Positions 36,777 to 47,352 of a DNA stretch of 64,000 nucleotides are shown in pieces. Within the stretch, counting starts at the first letter, position 1. The number at the start of each line of letters is the position of its first letter. Location: positions 20,708,001-20,772,000 of the forward strand of contig CM106585.1 in assembly GCA_048013815.1 (NCBI GenBank). Direction: 5' to 3'. The stretch is from Setoptus koraiensis (lineage: Eukaryota; Animalia; Arthropoda). The notes under the pieces were generated by a model. It did no database searches. It was not told the DNA's origin and saw nothing but the letters and a program-made list of their open reading frames with translations. A program made the translations under genes and the position numbers.

Positions 36777-37222
36777 ACTCGGCTCATGCCTAATCAGGCG
36801 GATGAGACTTGTTTTTTTCTTTAAAATGTCACAAAAATGATTGACTTGTTTCGGACTTGTTGTCGCGTCTGGCAAACGTGTTCGCTGTGCAGTTCGGGCG
36901 CTGTTTTGACAGCCGAACTGAAAAAAGAAAGATCGATCACGCTTGTCTAATTGAATGTAAAAATTGGCACTCGGGGCGCGCACAATACTATCAATCATCG
37001 CCGATACCATCGACTGTGCGCATATCAGTTTTGTACATCTGGCCTCGTTGAGTGGCTGTCTGTCGTCGTTGGCACACGGCGCACGACAAGAGACAATCTT
37101 ATTAGACAATTGCTTTCTTTTTGGCCATTTCTTTTCGGCTGCCCATGGCCGCCACTGGCCGAAAATGACGGCCAAGATCCGAAATGGTATCAAGTACGAA
37201 ACGGTATAAACGATGGTGGCTC

Positions 37223-37306
37223 GCCGATCTTTCGTAGCCGATCTTTCGTAGCCGATCTTTCGTGGCCGATCTTTCGTAGCCGATCTTTTGTAGCCCATCT
37301 TTTGCA
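37223..37306. repeat. 14-bp tandem repeat GCCGATCTTTCGTA x6, decaying at the 3' end
   Basis: Read directly. Confidence 0.9.
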
Positions 37307-37551
37307 GCGGCAAATGTGCAACGGCTGGACGGCCCCAAACAGAGCGACGACTTTTGCAGTTTCCGAGAGTGTGTGTGCCCAAAATATGATAATGCATTTA
37401 ATGATGCGATGAGAGTGTCCGTTGTTCTTGTCGACAACAACAAGCTAATCGTCATTGAGTGTGACTTGAATATTTTACACGATCCGACACACACAATATT
37501 GTTAATTGTTGCCCGGATGGCCACTCGCCATAATGACACTCATCGCGGATC

Positions 37552-37678
37552 GCGATCTATCCATTGCGAGCGGATCTATCCATTTGCAGGCGGATCTATC
37601 CATTTGCAGGCGAGATCCACTTTTGAGGCGCCAGAAAGTTTGAGGCCAGAAAGTTTGGGGCCAGAAAGTTTGAGGCCA
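37552..37678. repeat. Two adjacent tandem repeats: 20-bp CGGATCTATCCATTTGCAGG x~3 and 15-bp CCAGAAAGTTTGAGG x3
   Basis: Read directly. Confidence 0.85.
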
Positions 37679-40099
37679 GCCGAAGATCTGGACAAAGCGC
37701 ACCCACAGAGAGATATGCAATGGACATACACGTGTCAGCGTGGGCGCATTTGCATTCGGACGCGGTGTTTGCTCGTTAGCGAGCGACCGCCGCGTATTCA
37801 TTGTATACCGGCTGGTATACAATAAATACAATGGATACTGCAATGAAAAATAAGGGGGCCCCATGAACACGATGAATTTCGCGCCACATACACACAGTTG
37901 GCGCACAGAGAGGGCCCAGTTTTGGCTAAACTGCAGCCAGAATTGTCAAGAGAATTGGGTTTAAGCGAACGGGATTACTGTATAATTGAGGCATTGTCTC
38001 ATTTGCACTTGGCACCGCTCGTCGACAGTCTGGCTAATCTTTCGAATGAAAGATTGGCTATAAGCGAGCACTGTCGCTGCCAGTTAATAGTGCCAACGTG
38101 CTCGCACTGGCACAATTGAAGTGATTGTAGCAATCACTTCGCTTTGAGACGCTGCCACTCGAGCCCGATCAGGGGGCCAAAAGATGGGGCCCGCTGATCG
38201 GGCGGACGATCTGGCGTGCAGCGGCACAACCGGGAATTGTGTGTTCACGCGCCAACCGCACCGCAAAATGCCCGCACCACAAAATGCCCGCACCGCAAAG
38301 TGGCCGCACCGCTGTCGAGGGTTTTGTCGAAGCGCTTCCGCCGTTTCGAAAGATTACACCTGACAAGTTGCGCACAGACAGAGATAAAAGTTTATTATAT
38401 CCATCTCGGCCAGCAACTAGCCGGCAACTAACTGGCGGCCGACCGACGGCCGGGCCCTAAGCCAGCATTGTCGACAATGCTCGCGGCTGTCTGCAGCGAT
38501 CAATTAATTATGGCCACAAACACTTTGTTTTTGTTTTTATCCGCGGCCACAGTTTCGCCACAGTTACTGTGTGTACAGGGCTCAGCTAATCGAGCTAATG
38601 TTGTGCACGAGTTGTGCAGTGTATTGGCAAACGATTTTATCACCGTCATAACAATATTTCACCCATGGACAGGCCGACAAATTATTTACAGGTTGCTACA
38701 TGGGCGCGCATGGGCCCAGAAAAAGTGGCCGACTAGACGGACGATTAGTGTCGCCGTGTGAAATATAATATATATGTGTTTTTGACCAACTATCTAACAC
38801 GCACTCTGTTGGCAACACGCACACGCACACTACCTGCAAATCTGGCCGCCCGTCTAACGAAACTCTTGTTGAGATATTCTTGTCGGGCCACTTGACGCTC
38901 GGCCAGAGCTATTAACTGTGCCAGGGGCCCCAGCAACGAGAGACGCCCGAAAACGGTCAGATGGTTGCTTGCATTTCGCCGGATAGTTGGTCGCATTTTG
39001 CCGGCATTTTGATAGTCGGCTGGCTAGAAATAAGCGCAAATAGATGGCGATCGGCGACAGTTTGCCGGCTTGCCAGCGACCAACCAAAATCTATTGGCCG
39101 CTACTTGTTTGCCTAACTAACTTTATGCTCATCGATGCATTATAACGCTCACATGTATACAAGTGCACAAGTGCAGTAATTGGCCAATAATAACTGGCAA
39201 CCGACCGACAAACAACGCCAATATATGGCACAACAACATTGACAAAATTGGCGCGCTTCCGATCAAATGAAGCGCGAAAATACGTGCCAGATAATTTGTG
39301 CCAAATCGCTTTTTCGGCCAGATTATGCAGATTTTCGCATAAGCATAAACAAACACTTACGCCGGCATGTCGGACACTGTCGAAGAAAGTTGTTGCTGTT
39401 GTTGCTGTCGTTGCTGTTGTTGCTGTTGTTGCTGTTGTTGCTGTTGTCTGTCGGTCGCCTGAAGAGTTGTTGAGACACACTCAACCAAGCAGCACCCAAT
39501 AAACACAAACTTCCAGACCAATAGCTCGCTGCTCGTTCAATCAGTTGGTCATGTAATCCTCCAGTCATTTAGCGTGTTACAAGGCGCCTCTTGTTAGCGG
39601 CTCCATTCTGGTCGTTGGTCGGGGCCCACTGACAAGAGTAGCAATTTATTCGTTTGGTCGTTTAGTCTTGGAGTCGTTTAGTTATGAGATGGGGCGCTTC
39701 GAAATTGCGAAAGCATGATCCGAATCATCCAGTCGTGTCACCTGCCCGGCCACCTAGCGACGGAAATGAGCCATGGATATGCATGCACCATTGATTCTTT
39801 TTTCGCGCCCATTTGATTGTTGATTAATGTTGATGTACTAGCTACTTGTACGTAATTCGAGTTGTTTGTTGTTGTCGGTCACAACTATCGCAATGGTGAC
39901 GACTGCAACACGACGACGACGACGACGACAACGACAACAACCTGCACATAGATTAGACGCGTATATTGTGATAATAGACGACAATTATTAGTCGCAGCAT
40001 TATTTGACTCTGACGCATTTGACAAGCTGCATCATGGCTGCTTGTATCATTAATTCAGGTGACACACAACACAAACAAATGATGATAATGGTAGCCATT

Positions 40100-40130
<31 letters not shown>

Positions 40131-41537
40131 CAGTAATTACATACAACTGATGTTTGTCACACATATTGCATCAGCAACATTCAGTGTTCATTAGCATATG
40201 TCATCATGTCTTGCATATCATACAACTTACAAGTCGCTGACCAATGATAGATAGTATATTACTACGCCAAGTAATATGACTAATGAGTGTTATGCAAGAT
40301 GCCGCTACTCGCTGCACCTACATAATGAATATTGGTGACCAGTTGCTAGGCCAACGCTCGATAATAAGGTCACAAACTTTACTAGTCATTTAGCCATATA
40401 TCGCACTCTATCTATTTGTGTCTGTTTCTGGTCTGCAATGTTCGAATAACGAAGACAAATTGAATGGTTGTATACGCGAAAATGCGAACAAACTTATTCA
40501 TGAGATTCTCTACTTACACTATTAGTTGATTGCTTGTGAAAGTTACCAGATAAAATATTTACGTTTTCAATAGATTTAACTCACTATCAGTGCGCTACCA
40601 CGAGCTTGAATTATTCCGAATTCTTGTATGTGTTGCGCGATGTTACTAACCCTGTAATCCTTCTTTACTGATTCCTTGCTCATGAACTCGACGACGAAAA
40701 ACGAATGGACTTTTCTTTCATTTAGTTTCTTGTAAGTTTAGTCAAATAACTTTGTGACAAGACACTTGTTCGAATGTGCTCAGCACTTGCTATTGTGCTG
40801 ATTGATTTGATAAAGTTACAGGCCTTGAGTGTTTGAAGTGCAGGTAATTCTAGATTTTTCATTGGTGTGCTCACTGGTTGCTGCGAGAGCGTCGAATGGT
40901 CTCCTCGGTCACCCAATTCCATCTCATTCGTCGGCTATAGTGCCCGCGACAGAAAACTCACCCGCTGACATGCGCATTCAATAATTCCTTTACATATTCG
41001 CGTTTCTACTGGAGGGCCCATAGACATACGGAGATATGTGTATATAGGGGTATAGGGCGACAGAGAGAGAGAGAGAGCGGGGTGCATGCGCCAAGACCAT
41101 AAGAGCCGGATAGGGAGATAAAAGATAGTTAATTCAGCAAAACCAACCATCTTTCTGCGCCTTGAATAACTTAATTGATCAATGATACAGTGGCGATAGA
41201 ACCATAGAATCAATGATTTATATGAACAATCAATTAGGCTAATTCAAACTATCATCAGGCAATCGTTTGATATTTTTGTAGCTTCGTTCGTGATGGCAGT
41301 TTAACCAGCATGAGGGCGTCGTTGGTCGCCGTTCGATCAAATGCACTGTTGGACCAAATGGTCTGTGCAAACTACAGTAGTTATCTATGCATCATCGCTC
41401 GTTTACTATCTCATTTGGAGCCGCTGCAAACTTGCAGTGGCTCACTCTGACACTGTGACTGTCAGTGAGGACCCAAAGTGAGCATTCGAACACATCAATA
41501 TATCATCACCGTCGGGCTCATTGTTTTTTACTCTTTC

Positions 41538-41612
41538 TCTCCACCAGTCTGGCTACTACCCTTGATATAGCCAGTATCAAGGGTAGTATTGATATAGCCA
41601 GACTGGTGGAGA
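41538..41612. repeat. Nested inverted repeat: 18-bp outer stem and 12-14-bp inner stem
   Basis: TCTCCACCAGTCTGGCTA pairs with TAGCCAGACTGGTGGAGA; CTACCCTTGATA pairs with TATCAAGGGTAG. Confidence 0.95.
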
Positions 41613-41906
41613 ATCCGTGGTGAAAAAGGACGCTCTGTGATAGACAATCTTTGACTCTTCATGAGATAAAAAGCGTTAGAACTTGCAACAAATTCACATT
41701 CACAGGCCTCGCGATAATCCATCGAGCAATCTATTGATTGTAGCCTTTGTTGTACAAAAACAGACTATCACTATCATATCAGCATCTTTTGTTTGCTGTT
41801 TGTTTTAATTCTGCCAGCCACAATGCTAATGAAAAAGCAAATTATACAACAATGAGTGCACATATAGTAAATGACGATAAAATCAGCCAACACAGTATAT
41901 GTATAT

Positions 41907-41956
41907 ACTCTATTGATTCATCACATACCGGTAGTACGTTGATGAATCAATAGAGT
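41907..41956. repeat. Perfect 17-bp inverted repeat with a 16-nt loop
   Basis: ACTCTATTGATTCATCA pairs with TGATGAATCAATAGAGT. Confidence 0.95.
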
Positions 41957-43070
41957 CCAGCAAGTGGCAAATATCTCAGACAACTTTTTAATTATTCATC
42001 ACAAATTATTAATTTCTAGTTAAACAAAAACAGTTTTAAGTGTGCGCACCCGAGTCTCTGTCATCAATTTTAGATTTTATGGTCTCTAGCTGGCAATAAT
42101 TTATAAATTAGCAATATCCCCATGCTTGAGACTAACAGGCACAAGTCGTTGCAAGTTGGTCTAATCGATTCAATAAGTGAATTGAGATTAGCCATAATAA
42201 GTTCATTCACCATGCGCTACTCGACTCGAATTCAGGAGGTGCGATATTCGCACTGAAGCGACCATCGCTGATCACTTGCGCCGAGGATGTCCAAACCAAA
42301 GTAAAACTGTGCCCGAAGAATGCGCAACCCATCCTCGATGTAGAATCTACTTCGTAGATACTGATGATACAAATCATACATTCGCAGCCCTCGCGAATTG
42401 CACCAGAATATCGTTGTTCGTTGTGGACTGAGTCGGAGTTTCGAAACTGGGTCTCCGACAACGAATAAGCCCGCTAGCAGCATCATCAAGACGCTCATGG
42501 ATATTATCCAGCGAATGCCGAAGAAAGGCACTTTTTGTCATTGATTAAAAGGGGTCATCTCAGTACTTTTTTCAACTATTTTTGATTTAATATACTGCTC
42601 ATCGAGAGAAGAATCTGGACAGGAAGCGTGATCGCCGGACTAGAGATGGAACCAAAAAAAAAACGACACTTTTGTGGCTCTAGCGGTGAACGGGGGCGTG
42701 GTGGGAGGAAGTCGGGTCGGTCATGGGAGTCACCACCTATCGGACGAAAAAAGAATCATCACTAGAGCATAAGCACGAAACGCAAATTGAATGTAAAACT
42801 GCACACAAAAGCGTATTGACAACACCAGAAAAACGAAATTGTAGGGGTCGCTTCAGAGCGAACAAAAAGCGAACACATGTGACGACCACTCTAACTTAAT
42901 TTTCACACCCTATATATATTATTACATGTATTATCATCACCAACAAACATCAGATAGACATCTTTCGTCCTGACCCGATTTTTCGCAAACACTTGTTATT
43001 ATTACTATTATCATCAACTACATACATTAAATAAACATCGTTAGTCCCGGCCCGATTTTTTTGCACCAAC

Positions 43071-43310
43071 ATGCCTGTGGCACCCCGTCAGTCTGGTCAA
43101 GGACAAGTATCCTGTTGGTCGAGGATAAAATTCGGATTTGCGTTGGGCATGGGAGTTGGCATGTGTAGTGGTCTCTTATTCGGAGGATTCAACGCCTGGA
43201 GACTAGGATTGCGTGGACGTGAAATGGCCTCATTAGTCGGGAAGGTGGCCTTCCAGGGTGGCGGAACATTTGGAACATTCATGGCGATCGGAAGCGGTAT
43301 TAGATGCTAG
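43071..43310 (+). CDS. ROMO1: Reactive oxygen species modulator 1 (Mgr2 family), 79 aa
   Basis: MPVA...SCWSRIKFGF...GLRGRE...GGTFGTFMAIGSGIRC; length matches the family. Confidence 0.97.
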   Translation: MPVAPRQSGQGQVSCWSRIKFGFALGMGVGMCSGLLFGGFNAWRLGLRGREMASLVGKVAFQGGGTFGTFMAIGSGIRC

Positions 43311-45192
43311 TTCCTAACAATTCATTGTCGATTAATTTCAATAGATTCTGACCTTTTTTGGCGCCACTAGATAGGTAGACTTCTACTAGTTGTTTCACAT
43401 AGTGAGCATCCTCAATGCATGCTCTCAAATTATCAGTTTCTGTTTTTGCTGCTATATCTAACGAGTGTAATATTTTATCAAGAGTTGAGATGGGTATGCC
43501 AAATGAGGTGAGAAACGATATTTGTTGAACAGTATTAGTTCCTTTGAGTCCTGCTTCAACTAGTTGATTATCAGATGATTGTATTAATCTTAAACGCAAT
43601 TTATCGGGTAGAGCCAATGGCGCTGTTAGTTTCTCGTCCTCATATATTGATGCGGCCTTCTTCAAACTGGAAGATCCACCCCCAAACCAATGGCCAACCA
43701 ATTCTTTAAATTCATCTGGATATTCAGCGCTCTCCTTGTAAGTTAATAGAATGATCATAGCGTGCAATGTAGTCACTTTGATGGGGAACGGCGTTTTCTG
43801 TGAGGTTTTATCAAATACAACGTAAACCAACAGGTCTCGGTTTGTGGGTTCGTCATCTGAGAGAGATCCTTCTTCTTTCACAACACTGGCAGTATTCATT
43901 GATTTGATTCGGGGCTTTGAATCCTGCGAAGTCTTAAGAATATTTATGTGTGAATTAAATACCTGTAGTGTAACTTTGACCAATTGATCTCTTAACTTTT
44001 TTTCTGACATTACATAACCCAAAGTAAATGGCCTCTCAATGATGAAACGAGCTAGCTCATCTGAGAGTGATAGTTGATCTTTATCTTTGGCGGTGAGAAA
44101 TTCCACATAGGATACCAAATAATTTATGTCTGTCTCGGAAAGTAATAAGGGCCGTAGAGCCATGCAAAGGTTCTGTGGTACAAAATCAATAGGACAGACA
44201 GAATTCTTCAAGTGGCTCATCCACGTATGTCGCATCTTAACTAGCATTTGAATGGTTTCGTCGTCGTCATTGCAATTCAAGCATAGTGTAATCAAGAGAT
44301 CATGAGCTATTTTAGATAGTTTAGATGAAGATAACCAGTGCTCTATCTTCTGTACCACCACTCCTCTAACTTTGGGTAATCCACAACAAGTCATCAAAAA
44401 CTTTAGGGCATTTTTACTTATATCTGCCGGAGTGGCGGCTCGTCTCGTGAAAAACTCGGTAACATGCTCCATGACTACTTTCTCGACAAATTCCTTATTG
44501 CGACTGTAGCGTTGCGTTACATTTTGTTGACTAGTGTTTGAACCTTTGGAGTTGGCATTATTTTCAGTACCATTAAAAGACAATACAGTGGATGAAGTTT
44601 CTTCGTTCATATCGTGATCCAATGTTTCTATTTCATCCTCCGGTGGAGTTTTCGTTGGCGAACCAGCATCTTTCTGAGTAGTCGGCTGATTGCTCGTTGG
44701 GGCTTCAGGCGCAATATTGACTTTGGGCGGTAATTCAGTATTGAATGCCGTCATGATATTAGCGACAAATAGATGACAATCCTCGTGATCGACCCAAACT
44801 CGTTCGCCTATAGAGTCCTCAATGTAAATCCTAAGAAATGCTTCTGGCCAATTGGCTTCGTTTGAATGAGATGCCATAAGAATGTTAGTAGCCAATATTG
44901 GTAATGTGATATTGTTTTTCACTTTGAAACTGGCACAAAACTCCCTTCTCAGCATTGAAGTTAGAGCTTCGATAATCATAGGGGAGCAGAATATATTTGG
45001 TTTTGTTTTTGCTTGATACAAAAGACTCAAACAAATGGCAGTATCAGGTTTGAATCTGTATAGTTTGAGTTGCTTGATAGCTCCGCATATTAGAGAGTCA
45101 ACATTTGTGCCCTCTTCGGCATCCAGTATGTTCTGTACAAGATTGGGTGCAGTCCTGTTGTCGGACATCATTTTAAGCGAATTAGAATTCAT
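43300..45192 (-). CDS. INTS1: Integrator complex subunit 1, strongly shortened (630 aa)
   Basis: CGAIKQLK..KPD..LSLLYQAKTKPNIF, NWPEAFLRIYIEDSIGERVWVD, IEHWL, SETD, LPDKLRLRLIQS, SFGIP. Confidence 0.88.
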   Translation of the reverse strand: MNSNSLKMMSDNRTAPNLVQNILDAEEGTNVDSLICGAIKQLKLYRFKPDTAICLSLLYQAKTKPNIFCSPMIIEALTSMLRREFCASFKVKNNITLPILATNILMASHSNEANWPEAFLRIYIEDSIGERVWVDHEDCHLFVANIMTAFNTELPPKVNIAPEAPTSNQPTTQKDAGSPTKTPPEDEIETLDHDMNEETSSTVLSFNGTENNANSKGSNTSQQNVTQRYSRNKEFVEKVVMEHVTEFFTRRAATPADISKNALKFLMTCCGLPKVRGVVVQKIEHWLSSSKLSKIAHDLLITLCLNCNDDDETIQMLVKMRHTWMSHLKNSVCPIDFVPQNLCMALRPLLLSETDINYLVSYVEFLTAKDKDQLSLSDELARFIIERPFTLGYVMSEKKLRDQLVKVTLQVFNSHINILKTSQDSKPRIKSMNTASVVKEEGSLSDDEPTNRDLLVYVVFDKTSQKTPFPIKVTTLHAMIILLTYKESAEYPDEFKELVGHWFGGGSSSLKKAASIYEDEKLTAPLALPDKLRLRLIQSSDNQLVEAGLKGTNTVQQISFLTSFGIPISTLDKILHSLDIAAKTETDNLRACIEDAHYVKQLVEVYLSSGAKKGQNLLKLIDNELLGTSI

Positions 45193-45785
45193 AGATACGG
45201 ATGTATGAAAGTAGTTTCGTCTCTAAAATGTTCGCTTCGTTCATTAGGACTGAAGATAGAACTATTTGGGTTAGTTTTGATTGGATTGTATCAAAGAAAT
45301 TTATCAAATGGTTAAATGATACAATGTATTAATGAGGAGAATTGATTTTGCCCGAACAAACTACGAGATACAAAAGTGTTGCTTACAATTGTCAGCTGTT
45401 GCTAATGCAGACGTGCAACTTTCGTTGTGCGAAATAGTACCGAAACTACGTTTCGTTGAACGTCCACACAACGCTATTCGGAGAAAATTTCATGCTAGTC
45501 TCGACCACAGAGTGGCGCCACTTCAAACTAAAAATTCTGTTACAGTGTTAACAAGAAGCTTCTTCATTATATTAAGTTAGCCATCGGAAATGCATGTCGA
45601 ATGAACGTTTGAAGAAATATAAAACGACGCCACGAGGACAGTCGATTCGTTAGATTTTTCGATTGAGACATCGCTTCTTCCAGACATGAGTTTGTGAGAG
45701 TAGATGTAATTTTATCTCTTCATATGTTCTTTCATATGCACATTGATCCAATTGTGACTTCGGATAAGTCTTATAAACCGTAACA
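45193..45785. promoter_or_regulatory. Probable bidirectional promoter, INTS1/MED31
   Basis: 593 bp between divergent ATGs; contains the palindrome GTGGCGCCAC. Confidence 0.5.
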
Positions 45786-46372
45786 ATGTCTGCCAGATCA
45801 GGTTAGTAAACAGTTGAATTATAAAGAAAAATTTTGCTCAAATCTGATCAATAGAGAGAAAATATCATCAACATAACTAATCCTCCACCTCTTTAAATTT
45901 TCAGTGGAGTCAGCTACATCAGAAGATAGAACTCGTTTTCAGATTGAACTAGAGTTTGTACAATGTCTTGCCAACCCTAACTATCTCAATTGTAAGTTGT
46001 CCCAACAAATACACCTCTATCTATCATGATCTTACTATGATGATCATGCTGATCAATCTTTTTGTCTGACAACCTCTATTTTGCACACGCTATCTTACAG
46101 TTCTAGCTCAAAGAAAATATCTCCAGACACCAGAATTTGTCAATTACTTGCATTATCTTCAATACTGGAAACAGCCAGAATACGCAAAATACTTGAGATA
46201 TCCAATGTGTCTTTACTTTTTGGACCTATTACAATATGAACATTTTCGCAAAGAGATCTCGTCATCTCAGGCGGCCAAATTTATTGAAGATCAACAACTA
46301 CTACATTGGCAACACTATATAAGGAAACGAACTCGACTACTCAATGAAGCTGTCGCAGCCAGAAATAGATGA
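45786..46372 (+). CDS. MED31: Mediator subunit 31; exons 45786-45801, 45905-45991, 46101-46372; 124 aa
   Basis: RFQIELEFVQCLANPNYLNFLAQR..YLQYWKQPEYAKYLRYPMCLYFLDLLQ. The GT..AG introns are in frame. Confidence 0.96.
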
Positions 46373-46395
46373 TAAAGGCATTTATATAACGTATA

Positions 46396-46671
46396 TCACA
46401 GCTTGCCGATAACAAAATAATCCTCAATCAATTTTGGGGCATTAATCTTGAGGTCACTCTTGTTGAGTCTACAGCGAACAATATCTTCGTGCATTTTGGA
46501 GGGTGGCAAATGTGTGATCCAAATCATTGGCTCTACATGTTTAGTATCTACGTTGAGAATAGGTTGCACATTCTTCAGGCATAGTTCCATTTTTGTTAGG
46601 ACGTCCTCGGTGCACGTTATCAAAGATAGTCGCTCCAATAGGGGTATTACGCCTCTTACATTTGAAGCCAT
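46396..46671 (-). CDS. GATC: Mitochondrial Glu-tRNA(Gln) amidotransferase subunit C; N-terminal targeting exon unresolved
   Basis: LERLSL, VDTKHVEPM, EDIV, NAPKLIEDYFV. Confidence 0.8.
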   Translation of the reverse strand: MASNVRGVIPLLERLSLITCTEDVLTKMELCLKNVQPILNVDTKHVEPMIWITHLPPSKMHEDIVRCRLNKSDLKINAPKLIEDYFVIGKL

Positions 46672-47352
46672 TTTTGTTGAGTAGGCTCTAGTGACAGTTA
46701 GATAATTTCAATTTACTTATTAAATCGAACCGGACAACTTGCGACGACTTCTGTTTCGGAGTCTATAGAATCTGAAATTGATAACAGATGTTCGAGCTGG
46801 GGTCAGCGCCAACTTTGAAATTTCCGAAGGTTTTCAAAACATCCATAACGAATTCTTCCAAGAATAAACAGTGGAAAAAGGGACTCTTGATTGTTACACC
46901 CCTCATGTTAAATCTTAGGCAGGTTACGAACGTAGATCTTTATACTTTTAAGAAGAAATGTCACGATATTTATAGCGACATTTGTAACAATATTGGTCAC
47001 GCTTTTTTTCTCGTCAGCTGAAAATTTTCTTTAGTTATCTGGAGATTTGGGCGACTGAGGCAGAACTGGGGAGTAGCAAATCAACAGCACCTTTCCGACC
47101 CACGATCTCCCCGCCTCAGTCCACTGACTGAAGGGACGACAAGTGATGAAGAGTTCATTTTGTTCGTTTATTTGTTTGAAGGTTCAATACATATTATTAG
47201 TCGACTAATTACAGTAAAAGTGCGTGGTAACTGATGAAGTGCCTTCTGGTGTTTGGTTTGTAAATGTACAATAATATTGAGGTAAAACGAGTTGGTCTGA
47301 GAAGGGAAGAAAAAAAAATTGTAAAGGTAGCATTTATGCATGACAGAGTTCG

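Noticed and set aside
31985-37678. Short repeat arrays as CRISPR-like loci
   Set aside because: Units are directly adjacent with no unique spacers, there are no cas genes, and the context is eukaryotic.
47153-47234. Possible C/D snoRNA (GTGATGA...CTGA)
   Set aside because: No convincing terminal stem or recognisable rRNA guide; the AT-rich sequence is more likely 3' UTR.
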